The notes beneath the pieces are model-generated. The model was not told the origin of the DNA. It did no database searches and saw only the letters and a program-made list of their open reading frames with translations. DNA of 64,000 bases from contig OZ024746.1 in the NCBI GenBank assembly GCA_964016885.1, positions 61,504,001 through 61,568,000 of the forward strand, read 5' to 3'. This DNA comes from Eledone cirrhosa. Lineage: Eukaryota. Shown here piece after piece: positions 40,103-54,511 of this stretch; positions within the stretch are counted from its first letter, which is position 1, and each line of letters opens with the position of its first letter. Made by a program: the position numbers and the translations under genes.

Positions 40103-40254
40103 ATAGGAACCAGTAAGACCCCGACAGCTGAGCTCAAGTCGTTTCGACGGCTAATTCTGGAATTAGCCGGCTAATTCCAGAATTAGCCGGCTAATTCCAG
40201 AATTAGCCGTCGAAACGACTTGAGCTCAGCTGTCGGGGTCTTACTGGTTCCTAT
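40103..40254. repeat. Palindrome with perfect 66-bp arms and a 20-bp quasi-palindromic centre, made of HHR 3' halves
   Basis: 40103-40168 is the exact reverse complement of 40189-40254. Confidence 0.95.
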
Positions 40255-42703
40255 ATATATATATATATATATATACTTGGCATTAGGAAGGGCATCCAGC
40301 CATAGAAACCAAGCCAAAATCAGTTCTGTGTAAGCGAATCATGGTCCCCTCGACCTGATCTCTGACAAAGTCCATCTACCCATGCTAGCATGGAAGATGG
40401 ACTTTAAACGACGATGACAATGATGATATAAACATAGGTTTAGTTACATTGTTAGTTTAAGTTGTTTTAAATCATCTGTTTGTTTATTCTAGAGGATGCT
40501 GAGATCAAGAGAGCAATGTCCTCAAGGTCATTGTTCATGCTATCCTAATACAGATGGACTCTTTTGGCACTTAATTACATCAGTTTGCCATACAAACAGA
40601 TTGTTGAACAGAGGCCATTCTTGATCTCAATTGCCTGGATTTCTTCTCTCTTTCTTTTGATTTTTGTTTTTGTCTTGGATTAACAGATTTTTACCTGTAT
40701 GAGCAGTTTCGACAGAACTATTAAGGTGTAAGGACTTAGTCAACACATCATCATCATCATCATTTCATTTTACGTCCGCTTTTCCCTGCTTGCAAGGGTG
40801 GGATGGGAATTGATTCTGGCTTGATTTCTACAGCTGGATGCCCTTCCTAACACCAATCTCATATACAGTGAGTGCTGGGTGCTTTTTTGCCGTGGCACCT
40901 GCACAACCACTTTGCAGTGGAATGATAGGGACCCCAGTCCCTATCATCTCATTTCTACAGCTGAGTAAACTGGAGCAATGTGAAATAAAGTGTCTTGCTC
41001 AAGGAAACAACACATCACCCGGTCTGAGAATTGAACATATATATAAATATATATTCTTTTTATTATTACTTAGTATTGATTTGTTATAATGTGGATTTTA
41101 CAATACAGAAATAATAACTATGTATGTAAAGTATGAATGTGTTGGCTTAAATATTTTAATACCTAGCCTCCTGAAGCCTCCTATCAATGTTTTAGTAGTG
41201 AGATACCCATTAGTCAACACAAGCTTTACTCTACCAATATATATTAAAAAGAGTCAATGTCAGTCTCTATGCAGTTGTTCAACCTACTAAGAAAAAGCAA
41301 CAAAATATTTTTCAAATCACACTGTTCTTTTTTAAAACTGGACACATTAAATAATGTCGCAAATTAAATAATGCCACTCATTAAACAATGTCACCCATTA
41401 AACAATGTAACCCATTAAATGATGACATTAAATAATGTCATCCATTAAATAGTGTTGTCTATAGTGTTGTCATGTTATGAGACTAGCCAGGTCAGGAGAC
41501 CACATAGTGTTCCTACTGATCTATTTTTGATTTGATTTCTATGGCTGGATGCCCTTCCTAACGATAACCATTTTACATGCTGGACTGGATGCTTTTCGGC
41601 ATGGCACCACCACTACCTCTTTACAGGGTAGACTGAATGCTATTCAGTATGGCACCAGTGTAACCACCTTACAGGATAGACTGGGTCCTCTTTGATGTTT
41701 GCACCAGTACAACCACCTTACTCATTGAACTCTGTGCTTTTTGGTGTGACAAACAAAGCCTCCATGGACCCCATAGAAGCGATCACAGTGTTACCCAACA
41801 TGCCCATTAAAGTCACCTGCAATGATTATGAAGTCACCATAACTCATTAAGGAAAAAGTTTGCATTAAGAATACATAAAAGCCATTTAACAGTTCAGATT
41901 ATGGTGCATATGCAGATATAATTGTTACAGTTGTTCTATTTAGGACTAAATTAAGTTTAATGATTCTAGCAGAATACTTACTCCATGCAGTCAGTGGTCA
42001 TTACCCACCCATAAAAATTTGTAGCATTATTCTTTATCCACAAGGAGTCTAGCCTAAGCTCCTCTCTACCTAGTCTCTTGTATGCTACACATAGTCACTT
42101 CCTTTCACTCTAGTGAAAATAATTAAAACATCTGCAGCGTACTGATTAGAAATAGTCAGGAAAAAATTAAGAGGCTGAGGATCTATATATCATGCTGAGC
42201 TCTAAGTGAAGAACTTAATTACTTGTTTCAATCTGCAAAAAGAACCAGGGTTTTTAAGTTGTACTTGTAATGGAAATACTTCAGTAATCATAGATATTGA
42301 TATTAGGAGATAGTAATATAAATAATTAATCTCTTTTGACGAAGAGTCCAGCTCACTGGATCACATTGTGTATTTTGTTTTCAGATATTTGTTTGTTTAA
42401 GTCAAGTTGTATTTGTGTGAGCCATCCTCCCTTTATTGAATTTGAGCTCATCCACTTAATCTAGTTCCCTAGTTATATTGTCAACCAATTGAAAGTGTTA
42501 GGATGCTTCTTTCCCTAACTCAAAAGCTCATCGGGCCAGTGCTTATCTCAGTTTCATCAGCTCTAAGTGACAGAGTACTAGACTTTTGCCTGGGCAGAGC
42601 ACCAGTCTATAACAGGGTTAACTCCCAGCTATTGCTGAGTGTACTGGAGCAACATGAAATTACTTTGCTCAAGTACACAATGCACCCCCCCCCCCCCATC
42701 CAA

Positions 42704-42912
42704 CAATCAAACCCACAACATTATGATCTTTACTCCAACACCCTAACTACTGGGCCACATAAGATGTCCAACATGTCAGTTGGAGTCAAACTCCAACATT
42801 TATAAAATGTTGATAAATGTTGGAGTTTGACTCCAGCTGACATGTTGGACATCTTATGAGGCCCAGTAGTTAGGGTGTTGGAGTAAAGATCATAATGTTG
42901 TGGGTTTGATTG
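42704..42912. repeat. Inverted repeat with 100-bp arms, 2 mismatches and a 9-nt loop
   Basis: Read directly; the arms include a SINE 5' head. Confidence 0.95.
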
Positions 42913-43678
42913 CTGCAACATTTTAGCTATGTTTGTCTTATTTTTATTGCAGAATATGTCCTAAGATTTAGGAATTACAATATGGTATTGCCTGCAAAGG
43001 TGATAGGAATTTTTACTGAAAATCTTACTGTAATATTAAACAAAGGGTTCATATAATCAACATCAAATGTCAGCAGTATCCATCAATGGGTGATAACTCT
43101 TATTTATTTTTAAAAAGTAAGATACCTTGCTAGATATGTTGTTGTTTAACCCCAAATCAGCCTTGTTCAAAGACATTCCAACCAAGGCCATCTTGTCCTT
43201 TTTTATTTTCTTGTTATATAGAATCATATTATTCAATGTGTCTATTTTCAAAGACAGTAGGGTGTGATTCGAGGGAATTTTTGTTGCTATTTCTAACAGG
43301 TCGAGTAATCTCATGATACATTCTTAAAGTAAAATGGTTACACCCAGGCATCAAAATCTTGTCACGGCTTGCTGAAAGCTTATTTCAATTTTATGGCACT
43401 TGTGTTTGGCATATAAATTTTGATCAGTATGAACATGGACGCATGCTTATGCACACACATAAACACCAGAAAGAAGAAAGAAAAATGAGAAAGGTGACCA
43501 ATGAATATGTAAAAAAAAAACCAAAAAAACCCCAGCCTTTTCTGAGATCTATATTTTTCACCACTAAGATTTTTAAATTTAGGTATTTCTGTGAAATTTC
43601 AAATTACATTTCAGGCAGGTGTACAAAGATTTAATCACAGTGGTCATCTGCTATGAACCACGTTTCTATGCTCTAAAG

Positions 43679-44948
43679 CAGTCATAGGCAAATTTAGGCC
43701 CATTCGGTTTTCTGAATGGCATGCCTAATTTCAAAATTGTCTTGAATTTTTTTAGTAGTGTGCCCCACTTTATGATGAACCATATACTATGTGGTCCACC
43801 TTGTAATGAGCTATATTATATGTGGTCTACCTTATGATGAGCCATACCTTATGTGGCCCAACTTATGATGAGCCATATTCTATATGGCTTGCTTTATGAT
43901 GAGCTATATCCTATGTTGCCCACCTTATAATTTATGATGAGCCATACCTTATGTGGCCCAACTTATGATGAGCCATATCCTATATGGCTTGCTTTATGAT
44001 GTACCATATCCTATGTGGCCCACCTTATGATGTGCCATATCCTATGTGGCCCACCTTATGATGTGCCATATCCTATGTGGCCCACCTTATGATGTGTCAT
44101 ATCCTATGTGGCCCACCTTATGATGTGCCATATCCTATGTGGCCCACCTTATGATGTGCCATATCCTATCTGGCCCACCTTATGATGTACCATATCCTAT
44201 GTGGCCCACTTTATGATGTACCATATCCTATCTGGCCCACCTTATGATGTGCCATATCCTATGTGGCCCACCTTATGATGTGCCATATCCTATGTGGCCC
44301 ACTTTATGATGTGCCATATCCTATGTGGCCCACCTTATGATGTGTCATATCCTATGTGGCCCACCTTATGATGTGCCATATCCTATGTGGCCCACCTTAT
44401 GATGTGTCATATCCTATGTGGGCCACCTTATGATGTGCCATATCCTATGTGGCCCACCTTATGATGTGCCATATCCTATCTGGCCCACCTTATGATGTAC
44501 CATATCCTATGTGGCCCACCTTATGATGTACCATATCCTATGTGGCCCACCTTATGATGTACCATATCCTATCTGGCCCACCTTATGATGTACCATATCC
44601 TATGTGGCCCACCTTATGATGTGCCATATCCTATCTGGCCCACCTTATGATGTACCATATCCTATGTGGCCCACCTTATGATGTACCATATCCTATCTGG
44701 CCCACCTTATGATGTACCATATCCTATGTGGCCCACCTTATGATGTGCCATATCCTATCTGGCCCACCTTATGATGTGCCATATCCTATCTGGCCCACCT
44801 TATGATATGCCATATCCTATCTGGCCCACCTTATGATGTGCCATATCCTATGTGGCCCACCTTATGATGTGCCATATCCTATGTGGCCCACCTTATGATG
44901 TGCCATATCCTATGTGGCCCACTGCTCGAAAAAGGCTGCCAATGCTTG
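43679..44948. mobile_element. hAT (Charlie-like) MITE carrying a ~1.15-kb array of a 31-bp minisatellite
   Basis: 8-bp TSD ctctaaag/ttctaaag; imperfect TIRs CAGTCATAGGCAA / GCTGCCAATGCTTG; unit gtggcccaccttatgatgtgccatatcctat (43760-44922). Confidence 0.75.
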
Positions 44949-45040
44949 TTCTAAAGTTCAAATATAAAAAAAATAGTTATGTTGATATTTAAAACAAATA
45001 AAAAATAAAAAAAGTTCTCAATTCGCAACAATGCTTTTAA

Positions 45041-45235
45041 TGTGTATTCATGTATATGTAGCTGTATGCAAATAAGTATGTGTATTCATGTATATGTAGC
45101 TGTATGCAAATAAGTATGTGTATTCATGTATATGTAGCTGTATGCAAATAAGTATGTGTATTCATTTATGTGTAGCTGTATGCAAATAAGTATGTGTATT
45201 CATTTATGTGTAGCTGTATGCAAATAAGTATGTGT
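45041..45235. repeat. 38-bp tandem repeat, 5 copies
   Basis: tgtgtattcatgtatatgtagctgtatgcaaataagta. Confidence 0.95.
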
Positions 45236-46106
45236 GTACATGTCTCATACACATTCAGAGATACATATACATACATGCAAATATCTGTGTGACTGTTTTT
45301 TGTTTCTGTATGTGTTATAGTTTTGTAGTGACCTTGCCAGCAAGAAAAAAACGTATTCAAAATGTTTATTTTAATTTCTATCTCTGTACTGACTGATGGT
45401 AATTTTACACCACATAATTTCATACTGAATTTTTGCTAGTTATTCAGTCATTGCTAAAATATCTCTTGCATATCAAACTTTTGAATTGCAAGAAGGTTAA
45501 GATTGAAATAGTGGCAGCATCATCAGCAGCCACAGCAGTGATATGAGTTAAAAAGCACACTCGGAAAAGAAAGAAAATCCTTTGTAAATTATAACAAGCC
45601 ATTTCAGTTGAGATTAACACTTTATGATTAATAGTTAAAATCTATTTTTTGCCTCACATACATGACTGATCTCTAAAATTGTGGATTTGTTGTGGTGTAG
45701 TAGTCATCACTTCATATTCTATTCTTTCTCCATTAGAGGATGTGGGATGTGATGTGTGTATATATGTGTCAAGGTCAGGAGGTGGTGTCTACAATTTTTC
45801 ACCACTTTTTTTCCATCAGTGAAAGCAAGAAAGGGAGGAAAATTTAGATTTTTTTTTTCTAGAAGGTAAGCTGATTTTGATTCCTGATTGTAAATATTTC
45901 ATTTCACTGACATCACTAATGGTCTCAAGAAACATATGACCACCATGAAATGCCTCTTCCTTTTCCCTATAAATCAATATATATATATATTTTTTCATTT
46001 TTGAGATGTTCTAACATTTCTTTGACTTTAGTGTACAGAGCTCCCCATACAAAGCTTTTTTTAAAAAAATATTTATATTTTTTATATACATTGTGGCAGT
46101 ATCAGC

Positions 46107-46283
46107 ATTAATTGCAAGGGCAACAAAAGTGATGCTCTTGAAAGAAGCAACTATAGAAGCATCAGACTGATGGATCAAGTTCTAAAAGTAATGGAAATAG
46201 TTTTAGCTCAATTGAGGAGGCGTGCAATTAGTTTAAGTGAGATGTAGTTTGAATTTATTCCAAGACAGATTACTACTGATACT
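46107..46283 (+). mobile_element. RTE reverse transcriptase N-terminal fragment
   Basis: KGNKSDALERSNYRSIRLMDQVLKVME...EM*FEFIP..TTD. Confidence 0.8.
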
Positions 46284-49200
46284 CTCCTCACAGTGAAACA
46301 ACTGCCAGAGTTTTTAGCTAAGAGTAAACCACTACACAATTTGTTAATTTGCAGAAGCCTGTTGACCTGTGCCATGTTCTTTAGTCTGGTGGTCTTTAAT
46401 CCTTTAACATTTACATTACTCTATATTTACTATTATATTTTCATGGTAAAAGCTTTACTTCACATAATTATCTCACACAATATCGAATTTATGAAATTTT
46501 GATATCATTTGCAGATTTTGATATCATGGCAGATTTGAACAGAAAGAGGTGAGAGAATTCTGGTCAGATATGGCTGGTTTAAATGCCAAAGGGTTAAGAA
46601 AACTAGGTGTACATGAATGGCTTGGTCAGAAAACTAGGTGTACATGAATAGCTTGTATATGAGGGTCGGCTGAAAATTTCATAAGCTGACCAAGATACTC
46701 TTATGAAATGACCAAATGAGGTTTATTTTTCAACATAATCCCTGGAAAGAAACAATGTACTTATTAGTAAGAAGAGTTGAAATTAATTTATGCAAGATGT
46801 TACAGGTCAATATTGCCTTACGCCCTCTGTATCTCTCTGTCACTCACTCTTTCTTTTGAAGAAATTGGTTGTGTTCAGACCTAGAGGGGGCTCCACCAGA
46901 TTTTAAATGCCCAAGAAATGCTGTATGTCACTACACCATTTCTACGATTCATCGGGAGCTATGGGTTTATACATACTTACAATGTTGAGCTCAAATTCTC
47001 TCAAAGGAAAAACTATTTAACTTGGGTGTACTTACCCTTTTTTTTCTTCTTCACCCACTTATTCCTGGGATGGCCATGTACTTACTCAGTAATCGAAATA
47101 ATTATTTTGGATGCTAGTTCTACTATTGCCACAATTTTGACCTTGGAAGTTACAGCTTTCTACTCTAAATCAACAACAGCAACAAAAATAATATGCTGAC
47201 TGAAAAAATATGATATAACAACCACCAGTTTCTTAGGTCATTAACCTAGTTCTTGCTATTAGCATTGCATTGAGCCCCTGCTGAAGACACTTAACTCAAT
47301 GTTTGAAGCATCAGTTCTAATTAATGATTATTTGCTATGAAATTACATCACTCATCAGCCAATAGACAGCTGCAGGAAGTGAAACTTCAATTGTTAACTT
47401 GTCTCTTATAAGCTGACATCCAATTAAATTTCAGTTGTTTTGTTGCTATTTTAGCAACAAAATTGTTTTTTCAAATAATTTTACATGCATTTTTTTTTTC
47501 ATGCTTAATTTAGAGGCCTGTGCAAATATAAGATTGCATAAATTGTTTGATTTGATAGATTTCCTTAAAGCCAGACTACTGTGAAGTGAGAAAGTACCTG
47601 CTGCTTTACTGTGACAACTTTATTGATCGAAACACTGATTCCATCATCATGTTGATAGAGATTACAGCAATGCTTCTATTCTCTTTGTATGATGAAAATC
47701 TATAAAGGTATTAGTTTGGAGACTACTGAAAATTTTAAATCTTTATTTCTGCTCTATGTCCTAGAGCTAACATTTCAGAACATTTATTTTCAAATCGGTT
47801 GTGGATGTGGCCTTCCAATTAAAGGAATACCTTGAATATTCAATAGGCAAAGCTTTTCACAAGTTTATTTCATACATACTTGAGATTGTGTGTTTACACA
47901 TTTTAGTATATTTTCTTTTATTCTTCTAGTACTAGTTTCTGCTATTGGATTGTCGTCATTCAAGGGTTTTAATCAATGATATCAATCCTTGTATTTATTT
48001 TATTGATCTCTGTTTGTTGAACCAATTGGTTATGAGATGTAAACAACAAGGCTATTTTTCTTTTTAGATCAATGTTGCTATCTACAAACACCAATGTAAA
48101 CCTAAACACAGACATGGCTATTCACATTCATATACATAAACATATATAAATATGTACATACACATACATATAAACATATATACATATACATACATATATA
48201 CATACACATACCAGTACACATATATACATATATACATAATTTAAGAGATGTAATGTTTGAAATCTGATCTAACAGGAATAGAAATTGGAATTAAGAATTG
48301 AGAAGGATTGACATTTAATTGTGCAGCATGGAAAAAACAAATTTATGATGAAGAAAACGATGGAGAGCCCATGGTCATTGGTGACCAAAGAGAGCCTACG
48401 AATAGGAAAGAGGAAGGAAGCACAAAAAGTGGTCTTACAAGAGGACTTTTTAACCATATAGCTATGCTTTCACCCCCCCCCCCCCCCAATTCTTTTCACG
48501 TGATAGATAAGCTTTGAATCTTTAAATACTTTCGATCACAGACTCATCAACCTGTTTTCCTTGTGTTATAAGACTTCTGTAAACTCTTTACTACTAGATA
48601 TAAATCTGCTCAATGTATTTCTCTTCTTCCTGCCATTCTTACTACATCATACCTCACAGAATCTCTCCCAGATACTTTATCCAATTTTCCCTTCCCTCAC
48701 CTGCCAGAACTACATTTCTCCAAGATTCTTTTTTATACTTTTTGGCCAGTTTCTTCTCTGACATCTAACTCGTCACAATTTAGAATGGGCGTTAATCTCA
48801 CCTCCTTACTTAATTCAAATATATGACTGGGACTGTTATCATTAAAGCACCCAAGAAACCTATGATATAGATATTCATAGGAAGCTGGCTAAATCTATAC
48901 AAATTAGTGCAGTAATTTTAACAACCTCACTCACTCTGTCTAAAAGAGCTTTGAATAACCATGAATGTTGCTCTTCCTCAAACAATAAAAAATGGGCCAC
49001 TCTGTATGTCATTGGTCAATTAAAAATTTTAATTATTCTGTTGTATTTTTAAAAATAACTTCATTGATATATTGTTATTTAGCCCTGGCCAACACAAAAT
49101 GAGCAAACTTATGTTCAAAGATGTTCCAGCCACGACCATCCCATCTTTTCTCCTAAATATAGTGTATCTAGGACAACATTAACTAATGTGTAATTTTTTG

Positions 49201-52200
49201 TCAAGTTTATGTGTATTCTATAATATACAAAATATTTCAACAATTTTTTATAGAATTCCTAATATTATTTAAATGCCTTGTGCCTAAAGTAGAAACAATT
49301 ATTTAAATATAAAAATATTAGGAATTCTATAAAAAATTGTTGAAATAATCCCGGCGAGATTAATTTTGCCTTTCATCTTTACGGGGTCGATAAAATAAAG
49401 TACCAGTAATGCTCTGGGATAATTGCTGGCCTTGTGCCAAAAGTAGAAACAATTATTTAAATATAAAAATACAATAGGATATTTTAAACATTGAATGGCT
49501 ATAGGGGTTTACCTGATAAAAATAGGAATCAAAGAGATCCATGGGTAAATAAAAGTTGAAATATACTTATTTAGAGAGTTTTGTTTTCACTATTTATTGA
49601 AGGTAGTAAGGGCATTACTCATGTTCCTTTTCTGGGCCTCCAGTGACTGATTTGAGGGGACAGAGAGAGCTATGTTGAAGCCAAAGGCATAGCTTGAATA
49701 CTTGCATCAGTGTGGAATTTGCTAAAAGCACCAAAAAGCCATGTTTAACTAGGTGACAGAATTAGTCAACCACACAAGTAGGCCTCAGTGGGATTTGAAC
49801 TCAAAACACAAAGAACCTAGCATTTTGTATGATGCTCTAACAATTTCACGAATCCATCATTATCTCCCTTTCTCACTTTACTTTATTTTATTGACCCTGT
49901 AGGATGAAAGATAAAGCTGGTTTTAGCAGAGAGCTGGAATAAATACTTCAAGAAATTCTCTTACACTCTAATTAATGACTTCCAATTTACTACTTAAATT
50001 TTATTTCCAAATTTTAAATAACCTTTATTCATTAATTTGGTATTTATTTACTTGTTTACTCTTTTACCTGTTCCAGCCAATCTGGCTGAGACCATACTGG
50101 CGCTTCTAATTAGTAAAAATAAAATAAAATGGAATATAATTTGTATATGGCTTCTATTTTCATTGGCCTTTTATTGTTTGTTTTTGAAATGAGTTGGTCC
50201 TGTATAGCTGTGAGTAGTGTAGGTCCTTAAATAGAGCACAGCTGGTTGGCTTAGTAAATGCTAGCTGCTAATCAAATGCTTGTCAAGGTATTTTGTGTGT
50301 GGGGTGAGGGACGAGGGTATGTGTATTTTCCAAGATATGTCCAGTGTTTGGGACCTGACTTTACTGACAAGAAGTTTTTTTTCTGTCCCTGCTAGAAGTA
50401 GAAAAGATTCTTGAGGAGGGAGGAGAGGGTGGCAAGAGGAGTCCTCATGTCCCGACCTTCCCCCCCCCCCCCTACTTTTATGTACAGGAATGAGAAGTTG
50501 TGTGTATGTGTTGTGTGTGTTGTGTGTAGGGGAGGTTGACTGCACTCTCTCTTTTCTGTCTGCCTGGCTGGCTGTCATGTTTGAAAATGTTGGCCAATAT
50601 TTGTAAACTTACTAGGTGAAAGGCTTGCTGCTGTTGGCACAACCGTGTTGGGGCATGTCTCTGCCATGACGAGTGGTGTGTACACCATCGCTCCTGCATG
50701 CTCCCCTACACTCACTATTCCACGTACACGTGTGACTCATGAACTGGCCTTTGTTCCTGCTTGTTCTGCTTTTCTAAAACTTGTGTATAGACATTTGGGA
50801 TATACATGCTCTGCTCACACTGTCATCTTAGTGTATACACATCTACACAAACACCATCTCTCTCTCTCTCTCTCCTCTCTCTGTCACACCTACACCTACA
50901 TACATTCTCTCTCTCCCTATCTCTCTCTTTACTCTAGACTTAAACTTAATATAGTTTTACCCATCCATCCGTGCTTAAATTCACATTCAGGTCACTGTTA
51001 AGTATATTTGTGGATCTACTAATAACTACTTGAGAAATCAGTATGTCAAGTTTAGAGAGTTAAACATTGATATGAGTGAAGAAAAGTCTTGGAGGATAAC
51101 AGTTTATTTCTGCTAACTTATATTATGTTTTGTGCTGAAAATATTGAAGTAAGTCCACTTTTCTTGTATTGAATGAATTTATCAGTTTTGATAGGAATAA
51201 ATACCCCATTATTATTTAATGAAATTTACTTTAAAAATTATGTATATTATAATAATCACCATCTTCTTCATCATCATCATCATCATCGTCATCGCCATCA
51301 CCATCATCATCATCATCATCATATGTTATGACACTACTTTCAGAATTCAGTACTGTTTTTCTTTGTTTTGTTTTGTTTTTTGATTTTTTGATTACACTGA
51401 AGCACTTATATTCAAGTATTCCCCTACCACACACACACACAATCATCACCACCATCATCATCGTATGGTGTGTGTGTGTGTTTTGGTGTACAGATAAAAG
51501 AAGAAAAAAAGCACTCAATATATGCAGTAGAGTATATTTATTTGAAGCTGTTGATGATTCACTGTGTCTCACATCTCTGAATTTCTCATTTGTAGGTATT
51601 CATTTGTCACCTGAACAAACTCAGAGTGGCAATAGTAGTTTTAAACAAATGTGTGTGTGTGTGTGTGTACGGGTGGGGTAGACTGTGTGTGTATTTTTTA
51701 TCAAATCCAATCACTTTACTTTAAAACTATTATTTCTGCTAGGCAATGAAATGATAGAATGCCTTGCAATATTTGTTCCAACTCCTTACACTCTGAGTTC
51801 AAATCCCATCAAAGTTAGCATTGTCTTTTATCATTCCAAAGTCGATAAAATAACGTACCAGTCAAGTATTAGGTTGATATAATCAACTGTTCCCGTCTCT
51901 GTCCCTAAATTTGTGGTCTTGTGCTTCAGTTGGAAATCATCTGAATTTCACGTCAATTTTCTATATATTTTTGTTTTAATGCTTAACCGATTCATTACCA
52001 TATTTTTAATGAAAGATGCTGCCTATGATATGAAGATAATCCAAAATTTGGTTGGATTTAGTAATATAATTAACTTTCTCGTTATTGCTATTTGGAATAT
52101 AACTTTGCAAAAGTTCTCATGTAAAAAAATATGAAGGAAGATTTTCAAGTAAATATAAACACTTTAAAATAAGCAGCACTGTAACATAGAACCAGGGCAG

Positions 52201-52218
52201 TATTAGGTTGTTTAGTGA

Positions 52219-52492
52219 AGGCGCATGGCTTAGTGGTTAGAGCATTGGGCTTGCAATCAAAAGGTTGTGAGTTCGATTCTTGGACTGGGTAATGTGTTGA
52301 GTCCTTGAGCAAGACACTGGTTTTTCGGCCATTGCCTTTCTCTTGGATCTGATCGGTGGCATGGAGAGAGGAAGCTGGTATACATGGGTGACTGCTGGTC
52401 TCTCTCAAAAAACAACCTCACCTGGACTTGTGCCTTGTAGGGAAACTATGTAGGTGCCAATCACATAGTCATTCATGACTGAAGGGAGTCTT
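52219..52492 (+). mobile_element. tRNA-derived SINE nested in a TTAA-type MITE (51982-52510)
   Basis: A/B-box-like head ggcgcatggcttagtggttagagc...gagttcgattc; flanks resemble 54068-54511. Confidence 0.8.
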
Positions 52493-54067
52493 CAAGTATC
52501 CAAAGAGTTAACTAATGAAACCTTTTTCTGCCCCCTAGTTACATGTAGGAATAAGTAAGTCGTAAGTAATCAGACTGTAAGGATAATTACACCTTAAAAA
52601 GAAGCTGCCTTGAATTTATTCATATTCAGTAAGTATAGCTTTGACCAAGAAGAAATGATATCATCAGATGGTGTCCAATGTTCATTAGGTATTTGACCCC
52701 TAATTGTAACACCCTCGCATTGATTGGTGGACGGTGGTAGTAAAATCACTGCCCTCTTGGTTTTCAGCTTATCTCCTCTCTTCTACTCCATGCTATGGTT
52801 ACAGTAACATGTGGGTCGCCATTGTTTCAGTAATTCAAAACTTTATGGTGTTAGATATTGTTGTCAGTTGACAGTGTCATGCTCATAGAACAGCAGTGAA
52901 GAGAGGTCAATGAACTTGTTGAATAGTTGAAAGGTGTCCAAGTATCTCATTTATGTACAGTCTTTAATGTTTCATCAGTTATCTCTTCTCTATTGACATT
53001 CTAGTCATTGGTGTCAGCTTCATTCTCATCTGCTGCTTCCACTCTCTTGATACTTCTATCTGAAGAGACAAAACTGCTTTTCAATGAAATCTAACTCACA
53101 AACACTCCGTTTAACACTTTAGCATTTACGTTACTCTATATATACTATTGTATTTTTGTGGTAAAGGCATTACTTCACATAATTGTCTCACATAATATTG
53201 AATCTATGAGATTTTGTTATTTATTTTGAGAACAATACCTTAATATAAGTATGAGCAGCTGGTTACAGCCAGTTTGAACAGATAGAGGTGAGAGAATTCT
53301 AGCTGGATATGGCCAGTTTAAATGCTAAAGTGTTAATATATTTATAATCAAAATGTTTGTTAATTAACCACAAGTGACTCACTTTTATATCCAGAAGTCC
53401 TTATTTGATGTTAGCATATCCTACTGATGCAGTTTTGTCAGATATTCAAAGTGAATTTGGAATGTAGTTTTAGATAGCTGATAGTAATTATGGTTTCTAA
53501 ATTAGGCACAATTTCAGGGGAATCGGAATGTTGATTATATTGACTCCAGTACTTAACTGGTACTTCTTTTTATACAAGAAATCAGTAAGTAGTGTATTTA
53601 GCTTTATTTTTACTAATCATTGGGACAAACAGCAATCAGTAACCTCTACCATCACTATCCCAGTGATATGAGCGTGGACAGTGTAGGAGGACATTCTCTG
53701 ATGTGTAGAATCCCAGGTACATGCTAATGCCTAAAACCAATAGAACAAAGAATTCCTTCAAAGGGATCACTTTTATATGGCCACAGTCTAATGACTGAAA
53801 CCAATAGAAGAAAGAATTCATTCCTGAAAATATTATTATTTTTATTTTGATGAGTTTTGGCTGGTGTTAAGACATGTTCATTAAAATTATAATGAGCTTA
53901 ATTTTGTTTGCTTTCCTTCAGACAAACATTATGTCAATTTTATGAAAATACAAAATTGATTTACATAGAATTAATTGCCTTCAGAAAAATAACACAAAAC
54001 TTAAAGTTATTACTAGTACTTTATAGAAAAAAAGGGAAGAGGACTTTCTCTTAAATTTCTTTCCTTT

Positions 54068-54511
54068 TTAACCTTTTCATTACCATATTTCTAATGAGAG
54101 ACACTACTTATGATTTTCAAATAATTTGGAGGGATTTAGTAATATAAAACTAACTTTCTTATTACTAAACTGGTGTTTGGAACAACTTAATTGTTTCTAC
54201 ATTTGGCACAAGGCCAGCAATTTGAATGGGAGAGGAAAGTCGATTAAATCAACCCCAGTGCATAACTGGTGCTTTATTTTATCGACCCCGTAAGGATGAA
54301 AGACAAAGCTAACCTCGTGGCATTTGAACTCAGAACGTGAAGAACTGTAACTCTGTGCCATACAGCATGTTGTCCGACACTCTACCGATAGTGTGTTCAT
54401 ACTTAAAATTATGATGCAAAGTGTTTACATAAATATAAAAACTTTAAAACAAAAAGTTTTTTATCATAGAACCAAGGCTGGTTTCATGCAGTTCGGTATC
54501 AAAAGAGTTAA
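54068..54511. mobile_element. Second TTAA-flanked MITE family with a nested SINE; relatives at ~16165-16460 and ~60920-61166
   Basis: ttaaccttttcattaccatatttctaat ... ggtatcaaaagagttaa. Confidence 0.65.

Noticed and set aside
52219-52290. tRNA gene
   Set aside because: SINE head: no complete cloverleaf and it runs into the SINE body; the same applies at 26216 and 27022
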